From assembly GCA_002331145.1 (NCBI GenBank), contig DCYT01000001.1:223697-287696 (forward strand): 64,000 bases of DNA, read 5' to 3'. The translations under genes were made by a program, and so were the position numbers. Position 1 is the first letter of the stretch. Each line of letters begins with the position of its first letter. Shown here piece by piece: positions 46,499 to 59,123 of the stretch. The notes beneath the pieces were generated by a model that was not told where the DNA came from, did no database searches, and worked only from the letters and a program-made list of their open reading frames with translations. The stretch comes from Candidatus Minusculum obligatum. Its GTDB lineage: Bacteria; Patescibacteriota; Minisyncoccia; Phycocordibacterales; Phycocordibacteraceae.

Positions 46499-47425
46499 CT
46501 AAGACTTAAGATATTTCTGTACTGCAAGGAAACTTGAGATGACACCAAGTACTACTCCTGCAGCAAGAAGCATGATGAATATGAACCCAAAGTTTGAAGT
46601 GTAATACTCAAATAGATTTACTCCCCCAAGCCATTCTTGTGTATATTCGGCAAAATAGAATGTAACCGGATAGAAGAAAATGATTGTAATAATTGTTGCA
46701 GCAACTCCATAGAGAACTCCTTCGATAATGAATGGCCCACGCACGTACATATTTGAAGCACCTACAAGACGCATAACTTTAATCTCTTCTCGTGCTGAAT
46801 AGATGGCAAGGCGGATAGTATTAAAGGCAATAATGATTGAAGCTGCAATGAAAACAAGGGCAAGAAGTATTCCTATTCTTTCTACTGCATCGGTAATACC
46901 ATTGAGACGCTCGATAACGATCTTATTTTGGAAATAATTAACATCATCAATAATTGAAACTCCTCCTGCCCCAAGAACTGGGTCTGTATCTAGAAATGCT
47001 GCAATGCTCTCATACTGAGATGGTTCTACAGCTTTAATGGCAAGAGAAGCACCAAGTGGGTTCTCCCCAAGCTCATCAAGAGCCTGAAGTGTTAGCTGAT
47101 CATCTTTATGTCGCTCTCTAAACTGAGCCAGAGCATCTTCCCTTGTTGTATATGTCACATATGAGACCTCAGGAAGGTCTTCTACCTGGTCTTTAAACTC
47201 AAGAATTTCAATCTCTGGAGCATCTACTACAAAATACACATTCACATCCACCTTATCTCGCACTTGATCAAGCACATTCGTAAGGGTGGCGCTCATAAAC
47301 ATAACTGACCCAATGATCATCAGAGTCACAGTCATAATCAGCACTGTCGCAAATGAAATAAAGCTATTACGGAAAAAGCTTGTGAGTCCTGCTTTGCAAA
47401 TTCGTTTTAGGTTTGTAAGAAACAT
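46499..47425 (-). CDS. ftsX: cell division ABC transporter permease FtsX
   Basis: Four TM with a large extracellular loop. Immediately downstream of ftsE. Confidence 0.8.
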   Translation of the reverse strand: MFLTNLKRICKAGLTSFFRNSFISFATVLIMTVTLMIIGSVMFMSATLTNVLDQVRDKVDVNVYFVVDAPEIEILEFKDQVEDLPEVSYVTYTTREDALAQFRERHKDDQLTLQALDELGENPLGASLAIKAVEPSQYESIAAFLDTDPVLGAGGVSIIDDVNYFQNKIVIERLNGITDAVERIGILLALVFIAASIIIAFNTIRLAIYSAREEIKVMRLVGASNMYVRGPFIIEGVLYGVAATIITIIFFYPVTFYFAEYTQEWLGGVNLFEYYTSNFGFIFIMLLAAGVVLGVISSFLAVQKYLKS

Positions 47426-47427
47426 GA

Positions 47428-48108
47428 TTACAAAATATACCTTCCCTGCTTATCATCTCGAACGATCTTTCCATTCTCCATGGTGATCACTCGACGCCCT
47501 ACTGCATCTACAACTCCCTTGTTGTGTGTTGTAAGAATGACAGTAGTACCAAGCTCATTAATCTTCTCCAAGATCTGCATGATTTCATGCGTATTAATTG
47601 GATCTAGATTTCCTGTTGGCTCATCAGCAATAATAACATCAGGCTGATTAATGATTGCGCGACCAATGGCAACACGCTGTCTTTCTCCACCAGAGAGTTC
47701 ATGCGGGAAGTGATCCCCTTTGTCTCCAAGACCTACAAGATCAAGAATGTGAGGCACATCAGATGCAATCTCTGCGTCAGTTCTCCCTGCTGCTTCCATA
47801 GCAAAAGCAATATTTTCGTATGTAGTTTTATTATCTATCAGACGGAAATCCTGGAACACTGTACCCATTCGCTTTCGATAATTATGCAGCTCCCCCCGAG
47901 GAAGTTCATTTACACAAGTAGACTCAAAGAAAACACTTCCTTCACTTGGAGACTCTTCTGCCAAAAGCATGCGAAGGAGCGTTGTTTTTCCAGCTCCTGA
48001 CTGCCCCACAATAGAAACAAACTCTTTAGGTCCAATAGAGAGCGTAATATCTTCTACGGCAGTGGCACCTTTGCCGTATTTTTTTGTTACCTTATCAAAA
48101 TAGATCAT
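47428..48108 (-). CDS. ftsE: cell division ATP-binding protein FtsE
   Basis: Walker A GQSGAGKTT, ABC signature LSGGERQR, Walker B IIADEPTGNLD. 226 aa. Confidence 0.9.
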   Translation of the reverse strand: MIYFDKVTKKYGKGATAVEDITLSIGPKEFVSIVGQSGAGKTTLLRMLLAEESPSEGSVFFESTCVNELPRGELHNYRKRMGTVFQDFRLIDNKTTYENIAFAMEAAGRTDAEIASDVPHILDLVGLGDKGDHFPHELSGGERQRVAIGRAIINQPDVIIADEPTGNLDPINTHEIMQILEKINELGTTVILTTHNKGVVDAVGRRVITMENGKIVRDDKQGRYIL

Positions 48109-48125
48109 GGCTGTTTTCCTCTATT

Positions 48126-48986
48126 CTACTGCCTCTCCTTCATTGCGTCTATAAAACTATCCAGGTCTCCTCCAAGAACTTTCTCTGGGTCACGAATTTC
48201 AAGATCAGTTCTATGATCTTTTACTAATTTATATGGATGTAATACGTATGAGCGTATCTGATTCCCCCACTCAATAGAAGTGTCTTTTGCAGTAGAGAGG
48301 TCACGGAGCTCGCTCTTTTGTTCTTCTTCCATCTTTTTTGCAAGTTTTCCTCGAAGGAGCGTCATGGCTTTTTCTCTATTTGCCTGCTGAGATCTCTCAT
48401 TTGAAGCATGCACTGAAATACCTGTGGGGATGTGTGTTATCCGCACAGCTGTTTCTCTTTTATTTACATTTTGCCCTCCTGCTCCCCCGCTTCGTGCAAA
48501 AGATAGTTCAATATCATCTGACGGAATAGAAAGTTCTGCATTCTCCTTAATAACAGGAAGCACCTCAATGAGGGCAAAGGATGTTTGTCTTTTTCCTGCT
48601 GCATTAAATGGAGAAAGTCTTACAAGCCTGTGTACACCAATCTCATGTTTGAGCGCTCCATATACATTCTTTCCAGAGATTTCTATCGTTGCATTTCGAT
48701 ACCCATCTAAATCATTTGGTGTTGTGTCGATAGTAAATACATCCCAACCTTTATTGCCCGCATATGATTGATACATACGAAGAAGCATTCCTGCAAAATC
48801 TTCTGCATCATCTCCCCCTGCTCCTGCAAGAACTGAGAGTACCGCTCCTCCACGGTCATATTTCCCAACACCATCTGCCTGATCTTTTAGCTCTTGCAGC
48901 TCTTTAATCATTGCTTGTGCTTTAGCACTATCATTCCAAAAAGAAGGCTCTAACATTGCCTCTTCTATTTCTTTTACGCGATCCAT
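48126..48986 (-). CDS. prfB: peptide chain release factor 2 (N-terminally short form)
   Basis: SPF tripeptide (RF2-specific), GGQ motif ([11 protein letters not shown]). 286 aa, with a tRNA gene only about 23 nt upstream of the start. Confidence 0.8.
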   Translation of the reverse strand: MDRVKEIEEAMLEPSFWNDSAKAQAMIKELQELKDQADGVGKYDRGGAVLSVLAGAGGDDAEDFAGMLLRMYQSYAGNKGWDVFTIDTTPNDLDGYRNATIEISGKNVYGALKHEIGVHRLVRLSPFNAAGKRQTSFALIEVLPVIKENAELSIPSDDIELSFARSGGAGGQNVNKRETAVRITHIPTGISVHASNERSQQANREKAMTLLRGKLAKKMEEEQKSELRDLSTAKDTSIEWGNQIRSYVLHPYKLVKDHRTDLEIRDPEKVLGGDLDSFIDAMKERQ

Positions 48987-49008
48987 TTTCTTGAGTATAA
49001 CAAATTAG

Positions 49009-49082
49009 AGCCACCGCGCGGAATTGAACCGCGGACCTCATCCTTACCATGGATGCGCTCTAACCAACTGAGCTACGGTGGC
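49009..49082 (-). tRNA. tRNA-Thr (anticodon GGU)
   Basis: Acceptor GCCACCG/CGGUGGC, D-arm GCUCAGUUGGUUAGAGC, anticodon stem CAUCC/GGAUG with loop AUGGUAA, T-arm CGCGGUUCAAUUCCGCG. Confidence 0.85.
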
Positions 49083-49099
49083 GAAGTTACAAGATAGTA

Positions 49100-49573
49100 T
49101 CAAAGTTCCGGAATGAGCTCTAGGACTTCTTCATAGCTCTCTACAGCATGAACTCCTTCTGGAGCTTCTCCCTCTTCATTATATTTTCCGTGCCTAAACC
49201 AAATAGTTTTTGCGCCAAATTCTTTTCCAAGAGCAACTTCACTGTCCCTTCTGTCTCCTATCATCACAACCTCTTCTACCGAAGTTCCATACTCTTCTAA
49301 TATTTTTTTAAAATAGATTACTTTTTCTGCATCAGACTCTGCTACATACATATTGTCTATAACTTCAGTTAATCCAATTTGATGAATCTTAGATCGTTGA
49401 TATACAAAATCTCCTTTTGTTAGAACAACAATAGGAACACTTTGTGCGACAAGCACTTTGAACACCTTTGCAGCATCAGGAAAGAGCTCAAGCTCTCCTA
49501 TTTTATTTTCATCTCCCTCAAGCATATCTGTGTCACACAGCGTATTATCTAAATCTGTTACCCAAAGCTTCAT
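49100..49573 (-). CDS. HAD-superfamily hydrolase
   Basis: N-terminal DLDNTL (DxDxT) motif I and later HAD motifs. 157 aa. Confidence 0.65.
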   Translation of the reverse strand: MKLWVTDLDNTLCDTDMLEGDENKIGELELFPDAAKVFKVLVAQSVPIVVLTKGDFVYQRSKIHQIGLTEVIDNMYVAESDAEKVIYFKKILEEYGTSVEEVVMIGDRRDSEVALGKEFGAKTIWFRHGKYNEEGEAPEGVHAVESYEEVLELIPEL

Positions 49574-50529
49574 GATTGTATATATTCTACTATTGCTTCT
49601 GCTGTCTTCTCTGAATTATGCCTGGCAACATCCGCACGACTCATAAAGTTTTTTACCACAGTTTTTCGTGCATACTTTTCTATTTCTTCTGGAATCAAAG
49701 CAAGCATCTCTTTATTTTGTTCTTTATAGCGATCAAGAAGATCTTTTTCTAGCTCTCCCTCATTTACAAAAGCTACATCAAATTTTTCTTTGCCAATATA
49801 CGAAAGTAGTGTTTTTGCATACTCATGCACTCCCATGCCATGAGTCTCTCCCCACTTACTCATAATATTTGCTACAAAAATAAGTTTTGCATTACTTTCT
49901 TTAATAGCATCCTTAAATCCATCAACAAGCACATTTGCAATTATTGAGGTATAGAGATCTCCTGGCCCAAAGATAATATAATCTGCCTCTTTTATTGCTT
50001 CCTTTGCTTCTTTATTTAGAGTGGCTTCTGGCTCAAGCCACGCTTTTGTTATTTTTACACTTCCATCATGCTCTGGGTTGTCAATATTTGCCTCTTCTTT
50101 TATCACCTCTCCACTCTCAAGACCAACACAAAGGTGTGCATCATCTAGAGAAACTGGAAGTACCCTCCCTTTTATTGAAAAGAGCTTTGCAATTTCTTTT
50201 ATTCCTTCTACCTTATCTTTTGTTACGCGCTCTGCGGCAAGAAGAAAAAGATTTCCAAAGCTGTGATTGTGCAGACTTGAACCAGGAGATTCAAAACGAA
50301 CCTGGAAGAGTTCACGCAAAAATTGATCTCCACGATCTGGAGCAAGTGCCACAAGGGCCCTTCTTACATCTCCTCCGGGCAAGGTCCCGAATTCATCCCG
50401 AAGTACTCCCGTACTTCCTCCTGAGTCGAAGGTTGTAACAACAGAGGCAAGATCAAGATCGTAGTGCTTAAGTCCAGACAGAAGGTTGAAGCTTCCTGTT
50501 CCTCCTCCAATTGTTACCACTTTCTTCAT
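49570..50529 (-). CDS. YvcK/CofD-family (gluconeogenesis factor / UPF0052) protein
   Basis: N-terminal VVTIGGGTGSFNLLSGL and DSGGSTG motifs characteristic of YvcK/CofD. Confidence 0.75.
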   Translation of the reverse strand: MKKVVTIGGGTGSFNLLSGLKHYDLDLASVVTTFDSGGSTGVLRDEFGTLPGGDVRRALVALAPDRGDQFLRELFQVRFESPGSSLHNHSFGNLFLLAAERVTKDKVEGIKEIAKLFSIKGRVLPVSLDDAHLCVGLESGEVIKEEANIDNPEHDGSVKITKAWLEPEATLNKEAKEAIKEADYIIFGPGDLYTSIIANVLVDGFKDAIKESNAKLIFVANIMSKWGETHGMGVHEYAKTLLSYIGKEKFDVAFVNEGELEKDLLDRYKEQNKEMLALIPEEIEKYARKTVVKNFMSRADVARHNSEKTAEAIVEYIQS

Positions 50530-50590
50530 ATCAGTTAATCAAAACATATATAACAAAAGTCGGCCATATATGACCGACTTTTGCGCTCTG

Positions 50591-50664
50591 CGCGAGCGAC
50601 GAGACTCGAACTCGCAACCTCTCGCGTGACAGGCGAGTGCTCTAACCAGTTGAGCTACGCCCGC
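50591..50664 (-). tRNA. tRNA-Asp (anticodon GUC)
   Basis: Acceptor GCGGGCG/CGCUCGC, D-arm GCUCAACUGGUUAGAGC, anticodon loop CUGUCAC, T-arm GCGAGUUCGAGUCUCGU. Confidence 0.85.
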
Positions 50665-50732
50665 AGTACAAACTGCACTGCAGTTGCCATACCTTACCGG
50701 TTTTTTACTGTTACGGCAAGGGTTTAATCGTG

Positions 50733-50806
50733 TGTCGAGGGTGGGAATTGAACCCACGACCTCAGCTTTATGAGTGCTGCGCTCTAACCAACTGAGCTAC
50801 CCCGAC
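50733..50806 (-). tRNA. tRNA-Met elongator (or Ile2-lysidine) with anticodon CAU
   Basis: Acceptor GUCGGGG/CCUCGAC, anticodon loop CUCAUAA, T-arm GUGGGUUCAAUUCCCAC. No initiator features (G1-C72; A31xA39). Confidence 0.8.
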
Positions 50807-50921
50807 AAGTGTGGCGATATTAGCATAATTTTCTCATATATACACCCATATAAAAGTGCTTATATCTGTCTGCTACCATATACATATGTAGGTTTTATCC
50901 TAACTGCCTACGAACACTTAT

Positions 50922-51308
50922 ATGGATTTAACACTTCTTCTAACTCAAATAATTGGAGTTTATCTTCTTGTTGCAGGTCTTTCAGGACTTTTCTACCCTG
51001 ATCGGATGCAAAAAGCCATGGCGGAGATGACACGAAGCTATCTTCTACCCTACTTTGATGGTGCATTAGCACTTCTGCTTGGACTTCTGCTTGTGCTTAA
51101 CCACAATATCTGGGATTCAGCTGCAGAGATTATCATCTCTCTATTTGGATGGATTGCACTTGTGGAGGGACTTGCGCTTATGCTGCTACCTCATGGATTC
51201 ATCATGGGAATTGCAAAGAAAATGGTTTCAAAGCAAGCAGCTACAGGATGGAGCATTATTGCTATTCTTTTGGGAGCATATCTTGCATACATGGGATTCC
51301 TTGTATAA
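50922..51308 (+). CDS. hypothetical integral membrane protein (128 aa, 4 TM)
   Basis: Hydrophobic ORF followed by a strong terminator. No family assigned. Confidence 0.45.
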   Translation: MDLTLLLTQIIGVYLLVAGLSGLFYPDRMQKAMAEMTRSYLLPYFDGALALLLGLLLVLNHNIWDSAAEIIISLFGWIALVEGLALMLLPHGFIMGIAKKMVSKQAATGWSIIAILLGAYLAYMGFLV

Positions 51309-51327
51309 AAGAATTTTTCTCCAAAAC

Positions 51328-51357
51328 AAAAACCCGCATATGCGGGTTTTTGTTTTA
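51328..51357. terminator. bidirectional intrinsic terminator (CCCGCAUAUGCGGG palindrome with flanking A/T tracts)
   Basis: AAAAACCCGCAUAUGCGGGUUUUUGUUUU. Serves the + membrane-protein gene and the - initiator tRNA. Confidence 0.75.
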
Positions 51358-51362
51358 ACTTG

Positions 51363-51433
51363 TTGCGGGATCCGGATTCGAACCGGAGTCTGGAGGTTAT
51401 GAGCCTCCCGAGGTACCACTCCTCCATCCCGCG
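51363..51433 (-). tRNA. initiator tRNA-fMet (anticodon CAU)
   Basis: C1xA72 mismatch at the top of the acceptor stem, A11:U24 in the D-stem, G-C-rich anticodon stem GGAGG/CCUCC with loop CUCAUAA, T-arm CCGGUUCGAAUCCGG. Confidence 0.75.
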
Positions 51434-51474
51434 GTGTGGCGACAACTATACCAAAAATGGGTTATTTTTCAATA

Positions 51475-52065
51475 CTAATCAAAATGAAACTCGTCAAATA
51501 CTTGCTCAAACCACCTCATTGCCTGACGGGCTTCTCGCTCTGTTAGAACAAATTCTTGCCCCTTATGTGCAATCTCATTACGCACTTTGTGTGCTGCCCA
51601 CGCATATTGAAGCGTAGAGAAATCAGAAGGCTCAACGGCTTTTAGTTTTTCTCCAACTGTATCTCCATCATACCCCTGCACAGTTAGCATATCGTCGAGC
51701 ATGATATCTGCTTCAAGGATTGCCTGTCGCCAATTTGATTCCCCACCTCGGTCATAGAGTGCTTCGATCTTCTTCCACCTACTTTGTTCTACTTCATACT
51801 CCTCATCAGGAACGATAACAGCATCTTCAAAGAATTTATCGTCTGCTTTGCGAACCTGCCACAACCTATATGCTGAATAAATGAAAATTGTAAGGAGGAT
51901 AAGGGTTACGAACGTAGCAAAAAATGTAAATACGTTCCAAATTGTTACAAGCTGTCTGTAGAATTCACTCGCAAAGAATTCCTCCTCTCCTACAAGGTTA
52001 CCTCCATTTATAAGGAAGCTATATATCAAATAGAATATGTACTCTACATTTAAGTAGTTTTGCAT
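51475..52065 (-). CDS. membrane-anchored HEPN-like (DUF4145-type) protein
   Basis: Two N-terminal hydrophobic segments, then a cytosolic domain with AAHKVRNEIAHKG (R-x4-H HEPN motif, DUF4145-like). Confidence 0.45.
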   Translation of the reverse strand: MQNYLNVEYIFYLIYSFLINGGNLVGEEEFFASEFYRQLVTIWNVFTFFATFVTLILLTIFIYSAYRLWQVRKADDKFFEDAVIVPDEEYEVEQSRWKKIEALYDRGGESNWRQAILEADIMLDDMLTVQGYDGDTVGEKLKAVEPSDFSTLQYAWAAHKVRNEIAHKGQEFVLTEREARQAMRWFEQVFDEFHFD

Positions 52066-52068
52066 TAC

Positions 52069-53478
52069 CTACTTAGTATACTCTTCTCCGGTTACATCGC
52101 TTCCAATTGTAAACAATCGCTCTTCACCAAAGTGTGGCGCCACAAACTGAATACCTACAGGCAGTTTTACTCCATCTCGATCCACTTCTCCCATTGGCAC
52201 TGAAATTCCAGGGTTTCCTGTTAGGTTTGCAGGAACAGTAAAGATATCTTGTGCATACATGGCAAGAGGATCGCTCTTCTCTCCAAATTTAAATGCTGGT
52301 GTTGCGGTACTTGGAGTTGCAAGAACATCTACTTTCTCAAAAATCTCTCGAAGTTCTGCTCGCATTACCTCCCGAGCTCGCTCTGCAGAGTTGTAGTACG
52401 CATCAATATATCCAGATGAAAGTACATATGTTCCAAGCAAGATACGCCTACGCACCTCTTCTCCAAATCCTTCTGTTCGAGTTTTGCTAAATGATTCATT
52501 GAAATCCTTTCCTTCTACTCTTGGCCCAAATCGAACTCCATCATAACGAGCTAGGTTTGTTGAAGCTTCAGCTGGCATAACAATGTAGTACACAGGGATT
52601 CCATACTTTGCAGTCTCAAACTTCACATCAACAACCTCATGCCCCTGCTCTTTGAGTTTTTCAAGTGAAGCTTCAAAGTGATTTAGCACATCCTCATCAA
52701 CCCCCTCCTTCATAAGATCTCGTGGTACTCCAATCTTCATCTTCTTTGAAGTTTCTACCTCCTTCCCACTCTGTGAAGTTGAATCTTTTGGATCAAGCCC
52801 TTTTATTGCATCAAAAACAATTTTTGCATCCTCTACATTTGTGGTTAATGGCCCAATCTGATCAAGTGACGATCCCATGGCCATAAGTCCATACCGAGAA
52901 ACTGCTCCATACGTTGGCTTAAGTCCTACAATTCCACAAAAACTTGCAGGCTGTCTAATAGATCCCCCAGTGTCTGACCCAAGTGCAACAGGCACAATAT
53001 CAAGACCAACTGCTGCAGCTGATCCGCCAGAGGACCCTCCTGGCACTCGAGTATCGTCTATCGGATTTAATGTCTTTTGGTAGGCAGAGTGTTCTGTTGA
53101 AGAGCCCATGGCAAACTCATCCATATTTGTTCGCCCAACAAGTACTGCTCCCTGTTCTTTAAGTTTTGCAATAACAGTAGCGTCATATGGCGCTACATAC
53201 CCATCAAGAATCTTTGACGCAGATGTTGCAACATGACCCTTCACGAGCATGTTGTCCTTTACAGCAATAGGGATTCCACAGAGCGCTGGAGCCTCTTCTC
53301 CTTTCTCATCTAGAAGCTTCTGAGCATATTCAGCCTGCTCTTTTGTATCATCATACAGCTCAAGGAATGCTCCATATGACTCCTTTGCTTTAGCATTTTG
53401 CAGTGCAGCATTTACAACCTCCTCAACTGAGAGTTCTTTTGAGAGAAGCTTTGCCCGAATGTCACTTATGCTAGTCAT
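52069..53478 (-). CDS. gatA: Glu-tRNA(Gln)/Asp-tRNA(Asn) amidotransferase subunit A
   Basis: Amidase signature [11 protein letters not shown] with Ser-cisSer-Lys triad context. 469 aa. Overlaps gatC. Confidence 0.9.
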   Translation of the reverse strand: MTSISDIRAKLLSKELSVEEVVNAALQNAKAKESYGAFLELYDDTKEQAEYAQKLLDEKGEEAPALCGIPIAVKDNMLVKGHVATSASKILDGYVAPYDATVIAKLKEQGAVLVGRTNMDEFAMGSSTEHSAYQKTLNPIDDTRVPGGSSGGSAAAVGLDIVPVALGSDTGGSIRQPASFCGIVGLKPTYGAVSRYGLMAMGSSLDQIGPLTTNVEDAKIVFDAIKGLDPKDSTSQSGKEVETSKKMKIGVPRDLMKEGVDEDVLNHFEASLEKLKEQGHEVVDVKFETAKYGIPVYYIVMPAEASTNLARYDGVRFGPRVEGKDFNESFSKTRTEGFGEEVRRRILLGTYVLSSGYIDAYYNSAERAREVMRAELREIFEKVDVLATPSTATPAFKFGEKSDPLAMYAQDIFTVPANLTGNPGISVPMGEVDRDGVKLPVGIQFVAPHFGEERLFTIGSDVTGEEYTK

Positions 53479-53755
53479 TTGAAATAATTTTAGGAACTAC
53501 AATATTCTTTCCCTTTGCAGTTGCTGCGGTTTTAAGGAGGTCGTCCGTGAAGAGGCCACCTTCATGCGGCTCTCCATCCTCTCGCATAATGTTTTTGTGC
53601 TCAATTACAGGTTTTGCATCTCCTGAGATCTCCTGTACCTGAGATACAAAATCTACAATGTCAGACATTTCCTTTGCTAGAGTCTCTGTCTCTTCCTGCG
53701 AAACATTGATTCGGGCAAGCTCTGCGAGTTTTTCTACGTCTCCTTTATCTACCAT
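53471..53755 (-). CDS. gatC: amidotransferase subunit C
   Basis: 94 aa, INVSQEE..TLA.EMS.I..FV.Q pattern of GatC. Immediately upstream of gatA. Confidence 0.8.
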   Translation of the reverse strand: MVDKGDVEKLAELARINVSQEETETLAKEMSDIVDFVSQVQEISGDAKPVIEHKNIMREDGEPHEGGLFTDDLLKTAATAKGKNIVVPKIISND

Positions 53756-53774
53756 ATGGCGCTATGCTAGCACG

Positions 53775-56208
<2,434 letters not shown>

Positions 56209-56218
<10 letters not shown>

Positions 56219-56724
56219 TTAAATAAACGTTCCTCCACCGTTACGTTCCTCGTTACCCCTCTTTGTGTCCAACGAACCTCAACATCAACCAACACCTCAT
56301 GTGCTTGGATTTGTGTAATTGAAATAGTTCGAACATACCTTGTATCTGTACCATTTTGATACCCAAACAATCCTGTAGAGCTCTGCCGCAGAAACGGACA
56401 TGTTCCAGAACATGATGTAATTGTAGGATATGTTGCAACAGAGCTGTCGATAGTACAGTTTCCACCAACACACGGACCTAGGTCCTGCAGCCAATTTGCC
56501 TCATTTGAGAGGTAGTTATGGTCTCGAACACTTCGCACATACTCAATTCCTTCTTGGGCCAAGAATGATGCAGTTGTTCTGTCTCGCGCTGTAGCAGCTG
56601 AGGTAAAACTTTGCTGAGCAATAAAGAGCGGCCCGGTAATAGAAAGTGTCAAAACAAAGATCGCTACGAGCGTTTCAACCAATGTAAATCCTTGTGTGCT
56701 TTGATATCTCATACTATAGGTCAA
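56209..56724 (-). CDS. type IV pilin-like minor pilin/pseudopilin
   Basis: QGFTLVETLVAIFVL prepilin cleavage/methylation motif. Confidence 0.65.
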
Positions 56725-57274
56725 TTATTCTCTGTGTTACCGTCGACTGAATTGAAAAGTCAGAAGTCTCCTCTCCACTCTCTGCAGTCCCAGAGAGCGC
56801 AATCATCACACGAGGCTGAAACTGATCTGATCCTGATGCACCAAAGACAAAGAAGTTGAATTCTTCAATATCTACATTGGTAGAGGTAATCTCGATCCAG
56901 CCAAGAGAAGATCCTTCTGCAATAGGCACAAGCTGCCTTTCGATGAATCCTCGACCTCCAACTTGACGGTGTCGATACCGCACTCGATATTCTTCATTGT
57001 TTATTACCGCATTTAGCTGCAGACGATTGCTCCCACTTGCACAATCACTCCCCACAGAGAAATTACATCCGTAGGAATATCCTGTACGAATTGTTCGCGC
57101 CATACTCTCAAGTGAGAAATTCAGATCAGTAATCACACTATTTAGCGCCTGAGCTCTTTTATTCTCTGACACAAGCGTAAAGAGCGCACTCATTCCAACC
57201 AACATAACTACACTAAAGAGTGCAACTGACACCATCATCTCAATCAATGTAAACCCTCTTACGGAATCTGACAT
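56714..57274 (-). CDS. type IV pilin-like minor pilin/pseudopilin
   Basis: RGFTLIEMMVSVALFSVVM prepilin motif. Confidence 0.65.
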   Translation of the reverse strand: MSDSVRGFTLIEMMVSVALFSVVMLVGMSALFTLVSENKRAQALNSVITDLNFSLESMARTIRTGYSYGCNFSVGSDCASGSNRLQLNAVINNEEYRVRYRHRQVGGRGFIERQLVPIAEGSSLGWIEITSTNVDIEEFNFFVFGASGSDQFQPRVMIALSGTAESGEETSDFSIQSTVTQRIIDL

Positions 57275-57918
57275 GTTGTTTCAATAGATACTTGCCCTGT
57301 TGGCCTAACCCTTACACACCGAGTAGCGTTCCCGTCTTGAGATCTCAGGATAATAAGTGCTGACTCATAGAGACTTGTTCCTCCTCCTGTTCTTCCCACG
57401 ATAACCGCATCAGGATTGGGGCGCCTAAACTGGACAGAAAGATCGAGCAGTGATCCTGGAGTGCTGATACCTGTACTACACGTTGCTGCTCCTGCTCTAA
57501 TTCCGCAGAATCGATCAATGAAGTTTCCTCGTGTAATTGTCGTTGTCTCTACAATCTCTGTATCATTAGTAAATCGCTCATCATCATTTAAATCGGCGTA
57601 CAAAACGTACTCTGTTCTATTTGCTGGATCGTATTCAAAGTGCACTCCATAGAGAAAGTCCTCAGTTGCTCCAATACGCGCAGATCCCTCAAACTCTCTT
57701 ACCGAAATACCAAATACCTGTGCCTGCCGCACTGAAAGTCCTACCTCATAAGCAAGGTTCGTAAGGGCAAGCGTTTCATTAAATTGATTGTGCTGCACGA
57801 GCGCTACACTCGTAATCACAATAATAATTCCCATTGAAACGAGAAGCTCAACAAGAGTAAACCCCTTCTTTAGAAGAAGACCGATGGTAGAAGGTTTAGT
57901 TGTAGTAGATACGCGCAT
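57259..57918 (-). CDS. type IV pilin-like minor pilin/pseudopilin
   Basis: KKGFTLVELLVSMGIIIVI prepilin motif after a short leader. Confidence 0.65.
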   Translation of the reverse strand: MRVSTTTKPSTIGLLLKKGFTLVELLVSMGIIIVITSVALVQHNQFNETLALTNLAYEVGLSVRQAQVFGISVREFEGSARIGATEDFLYGVHFEYDPANRTEYVLYADLNDDERFTNDTEIVETTTITRGNFIDRFCGIRAGAATCSTGISTPGSLLDLSVQFRRPNPDAVIVGRTGGGTSLYESALIILRSQDGNATRCVRVRPTGQVSIETTCQIP

Positions 57919-58616
57919 AAAAATCCAATAGCGAGATATGGCGCAAAAGGCACCTCATTACTCATTGTACGGCGCTTTCCATAAATCACCAACAGAGCTA
58001 CTGAAATAACTGCACCGATCCAAAATGAGAGCATAAAGCCAGTTATAGCAAGTGGATATCCAACAAAAAGAGCAAGTGCGAGTACCAATTTCGCATCTCC
58101 AAACCCCATTGCCCTCCCTTTTGAAAAGAGCCAAATAAGACCAAAAAATAGGGCCATAGCAGAAGCTGCTATTGGCGTGTAAATATCTCCTGAGATATAT
58201 GCCATTGCCCCTCCAACTACAATAAGTGGGTATACCAATACATTTGGAATAATGGTGTGGCGCAAATCGTAAATAACGATACTGCTAAGGAGCGTAAGGA
58301 AGATGAGAGATAAAACTAATTCAATACCAAACCCATGTATATAAAACGCAGCACCAAATAATGCGGCTAATACTATCTCTGCAAGAAAATGAGATACTCC
58401 TATCTTACTCCCACACATCTGACACCTGCCACGCAATACAAGAAACGAAACAATTGGAATAAGTGTAAAGGGAGATAATTCCTCTGCGCATGAATCACAC
58501 TTAGAGCGTCCAGTTAAAATCTGTCGCCCACTGTTTAACCTATAGGCAACAACATTTGCAAAGCTTCCAACAATTGCACCGAGCGCAATAATTGCTATGT
58601 AGTACGAGATCATCAT
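57870..58616 (-). CDS. pilD: prepilin peptidase (A24 family)
   Basis: N-terminal CxxC...CxxC zinc-binding pairs (CDSC, CQMC), polytopic peptidase A24 domain with conserved Asp residues. Confidence 0.8.
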   Translation of the reverse strand: MMISYYIAIIALGAIVGSFANVVAYRLNSGRQILTGRSKCDSCAEELSPFTLIPIVSFLVLRGRCQMCGSKIGVSHFLAEIVLAALFGAAFYIHGFGIELVLSLIFLTLLSSIVIYDLRHTIIPNVLVYPLIVVGGAMAYISGDIYTPIAASAMALFFGLIWLFSKGRAMGFGDAKLVLALALFVGYPLAITGFMLSFWIGAVISVALLVIYGKRRTMSNEVPFAPYLAIGFLCAYLLQLNLLPSVFF

Positions 58617-59074
58617 GGAATCAATCGAGATGTGTCGTAGCAGTGATATCGAAACTCTCTTCTACACCCACTTGTGTCTGTCCCATTAATACCTGTTCGT
58701 ACTGCGTCACTATCTGAGAGAAGTGCTGCTGCAGTACTTGATTCAAGATTTACACCTAGATAGTAACGACTTCCGTCTCGAGTTGTTTTATAGATAAATG
58801 GCTCATTAAGCCTTGGGTCCTCTGGGACTTCAGATAGGTATGCTTGAGCAACAAGCGTCTCAAGCGTCACAGGGTAAATAGCATGATCTTCTGCATAGCG
58901 TTGAAGAGCACGACTTACATCAGCAACCTCAATAATTCGCTTACTGTCCCTTGCTTCAATTCGAGCATTCACCAAAGATGTAAGTGAAATAGAAGAAAGC
59001 AGACCTACAGCCGCTAAGATAACCAGAAGTTCCATAAGAGTAAAACCTCGCATATACCCCCTATCATACAACAC
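58613..59074 (-). CDS. type IV pilin
   Basis: RGFTLMELLVILAAVGLL prepilin motif. 153 aa. Confidence 0.7.
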   Translation of the reverse strand: MLYDRGYMRGFTLMELLVILAAVGLLSSISLTSLVNARIEARDSKRIIEVADVSRALQRYAEDHAIYPVTLETLVAQAYLSEVPEDPRLNEPFIYKTTRDGSRYYLGVNLESSTAAALLSDSDAVRTGINGTDTSGCRREFRYHCYDTSRLIP

Positions 59075-59123
59075 TCAAAAACGCCCCGTAAGGAGCGTTT
59101 TCGAATAGCTTAGAAAAGTTACC

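Noticed and set aside
50539-50757. 72-aa minus-strand ORF
   Set aside because: It completely overlaps the tRNA-Asp and tRNA-Met genes.
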